Origin: a virus
Taxonomy: Duplodnaviria > Caudoviricetes
Length of the DNA stretch: 35,513 bases
Strand: one strand, 5' to 3'
Virus record (IMG/VR): IMGVR_UViG_3300021085_000101
Span: 1 to 35,513 of that record
The notes under the pieces: model-generated
The model's database searches: none
The model's input: the letters and a program-made list of their open reading frames with translations, nothing else
Told to the model about the DNA's origin: nothing
Translations under genes and position numbers: made by a program
In this document: one piece after another, positions 27,401 to 34,127 of the stretch
How the letters are laid out: the number at the start of each line of letters is the position of its first letter
How positions within the stretch are numbered: the stretch's first letter is position 1

Positions 27401-29486
27401 TTGCTTTACTTTTATACCAAGCAAATCCATCACTTTTCTGAAATTCAATTATCTGGGTGGGGATTAACTCAGGAGGAAAAATCGCAGTTTCCTCAGTATA
27501 TTCTCCTTCTAAGAGGTTGAGTTTAAACAGAGATGACTGATTTGCAAACCCACCATTGTTATTCTCGTTTGCCGTAAATCCTGAATTTAAATTAGATGTT
27601 CCTGAATAGATAAATGTATCAGTATCTTCTTGAAACAATTTCCATTTTGAAACTGTATAATCCCATATTATCTTCCAGGAGTGGTCATTTTCATTTAGAA
27701 AAACTTTATCAAGGTCGTATTTTCTGGATGCGTGTAGTTTGTACAAACCATTCGCACCATCTACTGCTCCACTAAATCCGTTTATTCTAAAGGATGTTTC
27801 CCGTGGCCAAGCATTGTTATCATTATCATAGTATAGAAATTTATCGTATGGAGTAAACGTTTTAAATATTTCAACAATCCCTTCATTATACTTTCTGATA
27901 TCTTCATTTTTTAATATATCAATCGATCTGCTTGCCTCGGTTGCAGTTAGAAATCCACTGGATACATCACTATTTAATTTATTTATTTTTCTGATCGTTT
28001 CTTGTATCTTGAATTTAAGTTTTGATATATTCGTGAGTTTTAAAACAAAATTATCCAACCTTGCCCTCGCAGAAGAAAACTTAACAAAGTTTTTAAAGTC
28101 AGAGTAATCTATGTTGAGATTTTCTACTTCTGTGTTGGTTGTCTTGAAGTGGTTTTCTGCACTCTGCTCATCATCTTTTAATAACTGAGACTCTTCTTCT
28201 TCACTGAGTGAAAACTTCTTGGTTGCGTTTGAAGTTAACTTTGTTGATATATCAGGACCTCTCAATTTAAAGGTCGTGGAACTTTTTTCAACAACCGACC
28301 TGAGTATAATACTTTTTACTATGTCATCTGAGTACGGGTTTTGAGATATATAAAAATTTACATCTTCTGTGATTGATTCGTCCAACGGTGTTAATAGTTT
28401 TATTAACAAAACATCATTTGAGTCGGTTGATAAGGATTCATCTACATAACTTGTATATTTTAAAAACGGGACGAATAACCCATTACCAAAGTTCATTCCG
28501 TTTAAAAGATATGTGTCAAATCGTTTTTTGAATACTTCTGAAACTTCGTCTTCATCAAACATCTGTATCATCATGTATTTGTAGAACAATTTTAAATCAG
28601 GATTATTCTCCTGGACGAATCTTGAAAAGGTGTTCAGTGTATAATCAACTAAATTTATGTAATCTGTATAAAATCTATTTTGTGAAAAGACTTCATTGTA
28701 ACTTCCATACAGATAGTTTCTATATGTATCTTTTAGATTTGTATATATAGAATCTAATTCTTTTAAGATTTGTAACTCGGTCAAAGAAAATGACTTTTTT
28801 GCTTTCTCTATATACATTGAATAATCCGATGTTTTTTTAGAAAACTCTTTTGATTCGAGTTCGGATACAAATGTTTTGTTTTTGAGTATATTTTTGAGTT
28901 TTTCTATTACATGAGCAACTACCGTTTGTTTGTTTAAAAAGTTTCCGTATTCAAAATTGAAAGAAATTTGATTTGGGTTTCTTGAATTTTTAAAAGACTG
29001 AGTTACTGCTTTTATTTCAGTTCTTGATCCAGATATTTCTTTTATCTGTAGTTTATATGGATTTTCAAAAGAACCCACTATATCGTTTCTATATGAAATT
29101 CTTACTTTATACTCACCCTGCCTAATCCCAAGTTGGTTCAACTCATACTTAGGTGAAACTAATATATCACCTTCTGCTGTTTTTGGATACAATGACTTTA
29201 AATAAGATATATTTTTTCTTTCAAGGACTCCGTTTGAATTTAAGTATGATACATCACGTGACGAGTAATTTGGAGTCTGTTGTATAGTCTTCCACCCAAC
29301 AAGTTCGTTGTTTTGTGTAAATGCCGAAAACTCTATTACATCTTTTGAATTTACACCGAATAAGTCTCCCGAAATTTCTCTTTCTTTTATTTTATTAAAG
29401 TCGGAGGGTTCTAAACTACTAGACCGAATAACATTGGTATTAATGTCAAACTTAGATGCGAATGTGTGTTGTAAAATATCAGTCAT
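18447..29486 (-). CDS. Giant (3679 aa) baseplate wedge/tail protein (T4 gp7/P2 gpI-like core) with LamG, CBM5/12-like, Pro/Thr linker and 2 FN3 domains
   Basis: LPEFL...FLGMIGEQFD...LPYILKTSGTENSIRALFKCYG (gp7/gpI-like KGT motif); LYFG...FRGTLDKLRIY (LamG); KYKVGDRVYHNYLMWEC...PG...HWK (CBM5/12-like, ~20570-20715); TPTPTP linker; VLLSWKP..Y.I and IELSWDG..FTILRS..YTD..YWYVVVANN (FN3, ~18450-19070); lies downstream of the gp25- and gp6-like genes. Confidence 0.8.
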   Translation of the reverse strand: MTDILQHTFASKFDINTNVIRSSSLEPSDFNKIKEREISGDLFGVNSKDVIEFSAFTQNNELVGWKTIQQTPNYSSRDVSYLNSNGVLERKNISYLKSLYPKTAEGDILVSPKYELNQLGIRQGEYKVRISYRNDIVGSFENPYKLQIKEISGSRTEIKAVTQSFKNSRNPNQISFNFEYGNFLNKQTVVAHVIEKLKNILKNKTFVSELESKEFSKKTSDYSMYIEKAKKSFSLTELQILKELDSIYTNLKDTYRNYLYGSYNEVFSQNRFYTDYINLVDYTLNTFSRFVQENNPDLKLFYKYMMIQMFDEDEVSEVFKKRFDTYLLNGMNFGNGLFVPFLKYTSYVDESLSTDSNDVLLIKLLTPLDESITEDVNFYISQNPYSDDIVKSIILRSVVEKSSTTFKLRGPDISTKLTSNATKKFSLSEEEESQLLKDDEQSAENHFKTTNTEVENLNIDYSDFKNFVKFSSARARLDNFVLKLTNISKLKFKIQETIRKINKLNSDVSSGFLTATEASRSIDILKNEDIRKYNEGIVEIFKTFTPYDKFLYYDNDNNAWPRETSFRINGFSGAVDGANGLYKLHASRKYDLDKVFLNENDHSWKIIWDYTVSKWKLFQEDTDTFIYSGTSNLNSGFTANENNNGGFANQSSLFKLNLLEGEYTEETAIFPPELIPTQIIEFQKSDGFAWYKSKAREADLHDKYNDESLYNSLPEFLVRTNENEEFTLFLGMIGEQFDILHVYTENMTDMASARNSMKKGIPNQLVWFVMNSYGVRLSGRTSDQLTIGKQFEKNRDMVWRRVLNNLPYILKTSGTENSIRALFKCYGIPDHLFKIREYGGINYNTDLDESDVNYKIDTFDYALQINEADQYLDIPINFVKSEVTETSIELKLGVGREFFENTNDTITFEKQNSATLPSNIGVGVGIEKLIDSDDDYIIGSSKPKFYTKGKNQDSFIPEMWKSENSVIAISWKNFREGVSFSYPKVNAGTEPSFVTIYSDRAKLKDGTYDPLYTLAEIGAHDTLNGEIVRLSFSFSPEGELNKGQFRNDEHTLDFRFEGSVAGNHYTISELKQNGYLNNSGYYSILQSNKNWELGIHRDATFKEGYGKFYLNFYNTDGILVCPSKLSNPIYFDDEVEYDVLITSKQSKTNTDSVISMYVKRMYDSAEVFSSQEDLIVTEYTKNNILQTKNLYFGNYNQQTNFRGTLDKLRIYTTTITEKRFIGHINNNQGYDIDNYIELEDVLLTKINFDHPYSLISGTIKNYALSPHKQDVVAYNFTETTYPYHFVGKNRSELSNLPAMGGKSFNNNKIRIETHEKIAELNPRSRSTKKSKDRHTVDSNTLGVYFSPTDITNQEIIRFFGQINLGEFIGDPQETYNYCYKKLEGLRKIFFKHGYGKFDIQKYFNLIKSYIDPSLFENLEKIIPARANLISGLLIEPSLLERHKIIPPRIKSSTWIDLEENSSSDKEKITEILNIDFDVGLSKQSITSFGNERTYITNKHGGYKLTHDSDIKVFKNTSEFTFDYNYCGKLVGEDVTDSTRDIFTVHGITEQNGNLFKVEKIKEKKSIGVQYTGKLVNYDIFFNDGIQISGFTGGLETANGIYEFKFKGSSGLPVFTNQSRMWWVFYSPQKMKWIIASDNTVDGGKYLALNQGRQYENYTWIGGNKITDTNTNTPEWFSTGFNNSIQSDNLPQRGIDYFGRVSFISKYDRFIECDAYIHGWVNAELYGIYKGELTERVFSDGLSFKNISKPNDNYTFSGDKKYLFLNGTFRGKLQNGWVGSDQIQQTDSDKNIRVVGFFDGKKYESCDNPHYTSGLINSLVSFDNRDKLVFDFRNYSSNKVRFSSKNFDNVNLVKIPNSLKYSNDVNFKFISDYNIKNQGISDVVDLSSGQIKKKHTHKTTDIFYSPDVYDISVTHDIKLKTNSILDIQFLAQGIKFKVDGSVTIRINGCNLKFNFNKNRYKNCDIVSRGNQFQSGSVYNQQGEKVKTNTRNLINTIRESIKYISNEKTIDNFEKNILTKEDYSLVYVGESLDNFDFMFLICLESTSEVTSNLKSENFFQNTLITRQTKETQFHPTPMHINNIPQFVRGIDLIKNGRGYTGQEEVEIYGNRPANWKSSWPQKIRAYKLFNIDSSSGEITGIKPDNFLITGANWITDSTITFNDTPKIKIEPPITDTRYTNTEKAELRIITGEPTPVVSSIVTLQNYVDLELGDTIGKSLSSANVYFEGRSSVKYDTGLIHTKKINIQTSEITSSKRLNSTEVIVFSNESILDFELYLDAKIKEVMRSDICGNETPISSDTYEIQITNFYEEGGDIDHGITYTKNRELVNNFFVILNEQKASELNEFISDEQYINKISKVTDNKYSEGYVRINGFTTTQSSANGIYRFRNDISYCDKFEAYNVPIPTYTNENKEWIITYDEDIKKWKLRNIKNLNFIISNTKYLEDGFLANKHNNQGFYTGKEVLVSPDSIVDKNGFVYGETNQIIGNKFQEANVSVSNRFKIVPNKLLFKLEKKNFNNFLIWKIAIKSKTNNKFIYEIPLVYMNSDSRDELFLDKYNNIEEKLKLLNIMQYQETSACNLNFQNAIVWKIKSTNEQSGEFSNKSKINTQGLTYLNATCFSKDKNHTLGGRYSYVVDKIINENNSVVEFSGLNRAWKMKTLIRNVSLTMNHKYPRCGVYKTTTKNIYCICEYKTADDSGNLAIELKNLTDEYEDANGVYYSYGYLETGEYLFRNSDSNWLFHTSDKGETWELRNDRLHPTLKIEQYSQIDQVGVYTNRSETLKFYINFEIDFIFEDTRDFLNVDVESLSLKSNIGELIVYNKTGYEKTISDDMKLKADVRITNAEKISKYWSSIPCKTERSVGDFYIHNNLFLKLKNEVYVDGDGFDKFKLNFIVENSRDILHTNVEYDANLSQHSSDMPHVIENFYDNSFKTSVKYKVGDRVYHNYLMWECKKDTPDNRSVIPGVDFDTGNHWKIFNNNYTKLCVTSTINVKKKKYKDTNLVNYHDFEFLNEFVKIFKSQNQFNMGIDESVMCFSNKKYLIEKKYLPFDLAHIGTTKNIISHGKVRTHTDNSYNRNLGVSSNSNETTIDTSTGYVCGKPSIVRTYKKSDKRKVEYEKDSFWFNQDKKHIKQTEPTLVYEKPETDPIISFRFENHDTLQDITLKVTNFNSTETEDANGLYNKINRSYNNTHVFENENGYFIYKTDECWVVQKSNKFNDLQFLENVGYDYTTSETKRIDGDLNGNFGSSSNFSSQTGLIEIISNNIIEKTPTPTPEQTPTPTPTHTPTPISNESPETPEGILTPSPVPVSTPTPVLGDVTPTPQETFQTDTAFLFEYGDFAITTKKYDLSKNQHLTELEIAEDLDDQRIIISGIMSVEDIQEREEILSEIPDAAKNFGLRVSNYTKMIDESITSETINQYGWDSSNIHKNGKFRAFYMSKNQLGLLHKYDNQHLFADYGYFIKSWVGARHIAVKVLNQIDPVTELSATTGRPDGVLLSWKPSYSASYIRIEAHDENTSDWVVVVDNLSQIRATGGYLDTSLELNEERNYRVISVGPSGKETSSVTITGWRLGIPDAPSFLSVSYGKYSNKIELSWDGSSVNSQFNKSDSFTILRSETNEFEDFSTYVAIANNVKETTYTDTDNLNSTLIYWYVVVANNEKTKIMTEEEFTKKANWSTSVAGKLS
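19525..19700 (-). repeat. Pro/Thr-rich linker (KTPTPTPEQTPTPTPTHTPTP...TPSPVPVSTPTP)
   Basis: Direct translation; synonymous codons vary. Confidence 0.85.
26270..26745 (-). repeat. Ninth, solitary copy of the WKNFRE domain, inside the 3679-aa protein
   Basis: LPSNIG...WKNFREGVSFSYPKVNAGTEPSFVTIYSDRAKLKDGTYDPLYTLAEIGAHDTLNGEIVRL...GNHYTISELK. Confidence 0.88.
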
Positions 29487-29504
29487 AACCAGTTTAAGTA
29501 TTTA

Positions 29505-30080
29505 TTATGTGGGTTCGGTTGCATATGGTGATGGGTTGAACGAGATTTCATCTCCAGATGCCGTGTCACTTTTGGGTAAAAACGGAAACGCATCGGAAAA
29601 ATCACTTTCACCTACACCTTCTCCGTTTTGTATTCTCTGCTGAACTATAACAGATTTCATTGCTTTATAGTTGATTTCTGCATCCTCTTGTATTTTAATA
29701 TTTCGTTGGGATTCTCGTTCTAATACTTTTGATAATTCATCTAGTTGGTTCTCTAATACACCTTCACGTTTTAATTGATCCTCACTCAGTTGTTTTATGT
29801 CTTCTTCTATTATGAGATTGTTGTTAATATCTGATTCACTTATAAGTTCACTGAACGCTGTGTTGTAACTTTGCTCAATTTTATTATTAGAAAATTCTGT
29901 GATATTTTGTTTCACCACAGAAATGTTGTTACTTAAATCTTCGGTATTCATGTCAACTAGTTGGTTGCCATTATCATCAATATTTTCAGTTACGGGAGTA
30001 CCCATGAGTAAATTATTTAACTCAGTTTGATCAAAGTTTTTATTATCTAAATATTCTGGAATGTTGTTCTGCTGATTCAT
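29505..30080 (-). CDS. Hypothetical acidic protein with a coiled-coil segment (191 aa)
   Basis: Fills the gap between structural genes; heptad-like QLSEDQLKREGVLENQLDELSKVLERE. Confidence 0.7.
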   Translation of the reverse strand: MNQQNNIPEYLDNKNFDQTELNNLLMGTPVTENIDDNGNQLVDMNTEDLSNNISVVKQNITEFSNNKIEQSYNTAFSELISESDINNNLIIEEDIKQLSEDQLKREGVLENQLDELSKVLERESQRNIKIQEDAEINYKAMKSVIVQQRIQNGEGVGESDFSDAFPFLPKSDTASGDEISFNPSPYATEPT

Positions 30081-30081
30081 C

Positions 30082-31359
30082 TTAATTTGTTATCATAAAT
30101 GTTAATTTGCTATCGTATTTTTTCCTAATACCCCCATGTTCTAATTTTAAAATAAATTTATAAAGTCTACCTCTAGATAAGCAATTAAAACTAAAATTAA
30201 AGTAATGACCAGATGTATCACATGATATTTTTGTAAAATCAGAAAAATCTATAACAACTTCTTCTGTTTCGGCGTCTAATACAGAATAGAACATATCATA
30301 TGGGGTAATATTACGACCCGTGTATCGCATTCTATTTGAGAAGGTTTTCTTGGGGTTTAGTTCTCTTACACCGACCACCAGTTTTTCAACTTCATCTTTT
30401 GAGTATGACTCTTTTGTGTTTTCTATAAAAATATACAAGTCTTTATCTTTTAACTCTACGATACCACTCTTGAGTGATTTTATTTGTTCACTATTATCAG
30501 TAATAGATTCTTCCAATGAACCGGAATCTAGTGATCCAGTGTCTAGTGATCCAGTGTCTAGTGATCCAGTGTCTAGTGATCCAGTGTCTAGTGATCCAGT
30601 GTCTAGTGATCCAGTGTCTAGTGATCCAGTGTCTAGTGATTCCGGTGAAAGTTCTGAGTTTTTTGTAATAGTTGTAATAACATATGGTTCAAATTTGTAG
30701 TCATGTTCACCAACTTCAATATACGGCCGATAAATTGTATTTGTGTTTGGTGAGAAAAACTTTAAATTACCACACCTATTTGATATGTCGTCTTTGAATT
30801 TTAAAATAATTCCGTTATTTTCAATGGCAGACATATTCCAAAAAGAAACAAGTTGGGTTACATCAATTTTTACATCCGAAGTAAATGTTTCAAACTTGAA
30901 TTTAAACTCTAATTTAGATTCTTCGTTCAATTCATTGTCATAAAATTTATCATACCAAGCACCCCCACCCGTGTCATATTCAATGGGTGTATTTGTAGTC
31001 CATGTATCTTTATCTTTATTTTTATATAACCACGATGCTCCTGGATATAACAACTCTGCATCAGAAAATCTACCCTTTCCCGCATCCCACTTCTCTGAAA
31101 CGGGATATACTTCAAGTTCTACTTGAGATTCAAGTTCTACACTCTGTACTATCTTTAAGTTTAATGTATATGTGTTTGTTGTTTTAAAGTCTGCTAATAT
31201 GCTCTCATTGGGAAATAATAAAAGAGATCGAGCAACCATAGAACCACTCGTTGGTGTAAAATCAGAAGCAACTTCTAGTATCTCGTCAGCACCTGTGTTT
31301 AGTATATCGTGGTGGCTGTATAAAGTACACGATCCCGTTGGATATAAAAATTTAATCAT
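30082..31359 (-). CDS. DNRLRE/disaggregatase-related-domain structural protein with an SLDTG repeat linker
   Basis: RSLLLF, YPVSEKWDAG...ASW, IDVTQLVSFW, NNGIILK and FFS...RPYIEV are typical of DNRLRE-like domains; GGGAGG RBS; TAATG overlap with the gp6-like gene. Confidence 0.65.
   Translation of the reverse strand: MIKFLYPTGSCTLYSHHDILNTGADEILEVASDFTPTSGSMVARSLLLFPNESILADFKTTNTYTLNLKIVQSVELESQVELEVYPVSEKWDAGKGRFSDAELLYPGASWLYKNKDKDTWTTNTPIEYDTGGGAWYDKFYDNELNEESKLEFKFKFETFTSDVKIDVTQLVSFWNMSAIENNGIILKFKDDISNRCGNLKFFSPNTNTIYRPYIEVGEHDYKFEPYVITTITKNSELSPESLDTGSLDTGSLDTGSLDTGSLDTGSLDTGSLDTGSLDSGSLEESITDNSEQIKSLKSGIVELKDKDLYIFIENTKESYSKDEVEKLVVGVRELNPKKTFSNRMRYTGRNITPYDMFYSVLDAETEEVVIDFSDFTKISCDTSGHYFNFSFNCLSRGRLYKFILKLEHGGIRKKYDSKLTFMITN
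30527..30640. repeat. Perfect 15-bp tandem repeat (TCTAGTGATCCAGTG x7.6), in frame, encoding (SLDTG)n
   Basis: Units start at 30527, 30542, 30557, 30572, 30587, 30602 and 30617, with a partial unit at 30632. Confidence 0.97.
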
Positions 31360-33329
31360 TATACAATCCTCCCTATTATATCTTTACTAGGAAACTTTAA
31401 TTCAAATATAGAAGGGTCCATCGATGGGTATATTGTTTTACCCGTGGTAGCTGCCCCTATATCGTATTCGTTTTCAGAATAGTCTCCATTTTCAGTTGTT
31501 AAATTTATTATTTCAACATCAACCACGGATCGGACTCCAGATACTTTTGTTAGTTTAAGTTCTATCTCTCCAATTTCAAGTGGTTGCATAATTGAAATTT
31601 TATCGGTTGTGTGCATATCAGTAAGTTCACGAATACAGGTAATTAAAACTTCTTTTTTATTGAAGTTTTCAAATACCGATATTTCAAAGTTTATTCCAAA
31701 GTTTATTACAAACGCATTCGTAATATTAATACCATCGGTTAATATTCTATATTTACCTAAATAAGTTTTTAAGTTTTTTAGTATCAATTCATTCGGTCTT
31801 ATTAAATGATTGTTTTTATCATATGACAATACATAAAGATTGATAGCAAGTGGATTGTTGAGTTCTCCATACACAATATTCATTCCATTTGGTGTTGTCT
31901 TTGCTTCGTCTGTGAAAGCCTCTTTAAAAATATTAGTTTGTGATCGTGTATCAAGAATTCCGTCCTTGGATACATACGCCTTTGCTATACTCCCAAACTT
32001 GGGTGGCATGGACAATGTTCTTATTACATAATCATCCCGTGTAACTGCACGGTGTTGAGATGAAAATGAAGCAAGTCCATTTTGTCTTATTTCTTCATCG
32101 GTTTCAGCAGACTTTCCTCCAGTAGCAGGAAGTGGGTTATTTACTTGTATACTTGATTTAACGGTGTCAATTGATGCCTGTTCTGATTGATCTGTGTAAT
32201 CGGTGGTTTCTTGAAATTTTATGTTTTGAATAGTATTTAGTGTGTTTGCAGAAACATTTGACGAAACTCCCCCACCTACATAATATTTCACAAGAAGTGT
32301 GGTGTTGGAAGGAGAACTTCCATAACTATTTGATTTTAGAAAGTTACTTGGATCAATACCAGTTTCTAGGTTTTTGGCAGAGTTCATAGTTTTTCCTAAG
32401 TTATCTAGCGTTGGTATAATTATTTCATCATCAAACTTATCACTTCCTGCACCGAATTCTAATGTAGTAGTGTTGTCTGGGTTTACTATAGTAGTAAATC
32501 TTCTAGAAGACCTTATGAACTTCAATATGTAAGGGACAGAATCAGCATATTTTGAATATACTGGATTGTTTTGATAATCATTTGGTTCTTCTATTGGAAT
32601 TGTATCTTGGGCAAGATATGGAACTTCGTAATATGGGTTTCCAGACGAGTCCTCCACCGAAAGTATTTCAATTACATTTTTATCAGCAAGTGTAATTTCA
32701 AAAAATTCAGTTGGCTCACCGACTCTAACTGTTTTTGATTTTAAAGTTCCAGCACTTGCTAGGCATCTTTTTTTAAGAATGTAGAACGTAGGTTGACCAA
32801 TTGTATCACGTTCATATACACTAATTTCACGTGGAGACTCCTTTGTGTCTTCATTGAAATTTATCTGCGAAAGTGTTCTAAATGGAGGTGAGTTTCCGTC
32901 AGAAGACGCAACTTCCATACCTTCTTGAATATTAAGTGCATATTTTAAGTCTGGTTCCATTTTTCCGTTTAAACCTACCTTTGATGGAACAAGTTGAAAA
33001 ACTTCTAACTCAGTTGTAGCAGATACAGATGTTCTTATTTTGTATCCAAGATAGTTTGCCAAACTTATTATATTCTTTCTCTCCGATGAATATTGTAGAA
33101 ACCCCTCTTTGAACTGATGATCTATGTAGTAAGACAACACATCACCTACATAACTGGCAAGTTCTATAAACATCATTCCAGTTGAGTTTTCACTAAAGTC
33201 ACGATATGTAGATGAAAAATAAGATTTTGAATATTCGATAAGGTTTTTTCTAAACGAATTGAAATCTTTACCTGTGTAATTGATGTCTTTTTTACTTACA
33301 GATGATTGTTTATATGTGTCGTTGGCCAT
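31359..33329 (-). CDS. Baseplate wedge protein, T4 gp6 / baseplate J-like
   Basis: KDFNSFRKNLIEY, DFSENSTGMMFIELASYVGDVLSYY, LANYLGY, LEFGAG, ATGGKSAETDEEIRQN, QHRAVTRDDY. Confidence 0.9.
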   Translation of the reverse strand: MANDTYKQSSVSKKDINYTGKDFNSFRKNLIEYSKSYFSSTYRDFSENSTGMMFIELASYVGDVLSYYIDHQFKEGFLQYSSERKNIISLANYLGYKIRTSVSATTELEVFQLVPSKVGLNGKMEPDLKYALNIQEGMEVASSDGNSPPFRTLSQINFNEDTKESPREISVYERDTIGQPTFYILKKRCLASAGTLKSKTVRVGEPTEFFEITLADKNVIEILSVEDSSGNPYYEVPYLAQDTIPIEEPNDYQNNPVYSKYADSVPYILKFIRSSRRFTTIVNPDNTTTLEFGAGSDKFDDEIIIPTLDNLGKTMNSAKNLETGIDPSNFLKSNSYGSSPSNTTLLVKYYVGGGVSSNVSANTLNTIQNIKFQETTDYTDQSEQASIDTVKSSIQVNNPLPATGGKSAETDEEIRQNGLASFSSQHRAVTRDDYVIRTLSMPPKFGSIAKAYVSKDGILDTRSQTNIFKEAFTDEAKTTPNGMNIVYGELNNPLAINLYVLSYDKNNHLIRPNELILKNLKTYLGKYRILTDGINITNAFVINFGINFEISVFENFNKKEVLITCIRELTDMHTTDKISIMQPLEIGEIELKLTKVSGVRSVVDVEIINLTTENGDYSENEYDIGAATTGKTIYPSMDPSIFELKFPSKDIIGRIV

Positions 33330-33330
33330 T

Positions 33331-33717
33331 TTATGAAACCTCTATTTCTAATTTTTCGTATGAGTCAGGAATTGAACTTAACGAAAATGTAATTTGTATT
33401 GTCGCTGAATTGGGTGCGGTTGATGTATCTCTTGTTATATCCACATTAAGCACAAGCACTTCTGGCATCCACTTTTCGGTTGCATCTCTCACTGCTTCTT
33501 TAAGTAGTTCATCATAATCTTCTTCTGCTGGATTGAACAACAAACTTCTTAAGTCACTTCCATAGGTTGGCATCATGGGTCGCTCTCCCTTGGCCGTCAT
33601 CAAAAGCATTTTTAAATTGGTATGTGCACGCTCTATATCAGAATATGTTTGGTCGAAAAAACCGGATCTACCGCGTGAGTATGGTATTCTGATACCGAGT
33701 GGGATGTCTTTATTCAT
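33331..33717 (-). CDS. Baseplate wedge protein, T4 gp25 / GPW-like
   Basis: NLKMLLMTAKGERPMMPTYGSDLRSLLF...KWMPEV; directly upstream of the gp6-like gene. Confidence 0.9.
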   Translation of the reverse strand: MNKDIPLGIRIPYSRGRSGFFDQTYSDIERAHTNLKMLLMTAKGERPMMPTYGSDLRSLLFNPAEEDYDELLKEAVRDATEKWMPEVLVLNVDITRDTSTAPNSATIQITFSLSSIPDSYEKLEIEVS

Positions 33718-34115
33718 TTAATTTTACCTCGTTTCTGATCTACAAGTTTTACTACATCGGAGTAATTTCTAGTGAGTGCACTTGATACATGATCAGGTAA
33801 AGCATTTATATCCACATCATTTCCATTTAAGTCGGTCATGGTCTGTTGATTTCCCACACGAGGACTTTCTGATGGAATTCCCCCCACAGTTTCGTTTAAT
33901 ACTTTATTTAGTGCTTCGTTATTACTATACCTCTTTGTGGGTATGTTTTTCGTTGGAGCAACTTCGGATATTTGCTCTGTAATTCCAATTGAATCGCCCG
34001 TCACATTTGATGTAGTTTCTGTTTTTATCAACTCGGACAACATTTTTGGCAAAGACTCATTTAATTCAGCCCTAACCGCACCTCTTATTAGTTTTATTAA
34101 TTCATTTTTTTTCAT
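33714..34115 (-). CDS. Hypothetical protein (133 aa)
   Basis: AAGG RBS-like sequence, ATGA overlap with the gp25-like gene, amphipathic N-terminal helix MKKNELIKLIRGAVRAELNE. Confidence 0.75.
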   Translation of the reverse strand: MKKNELIKLIRGAVRAELNESLPKMLSELIKTETTSNVTGDSIGITEQISEVAPTKNIPTKRYSNNEALNKVLNETVGGIPSESPRVGNQQTMTDLNGNDVDINALPDHVSSALTRNYSDVVKLVDQKRGKIK

Positions 34116-34127
34116 TGTATAACCTTT

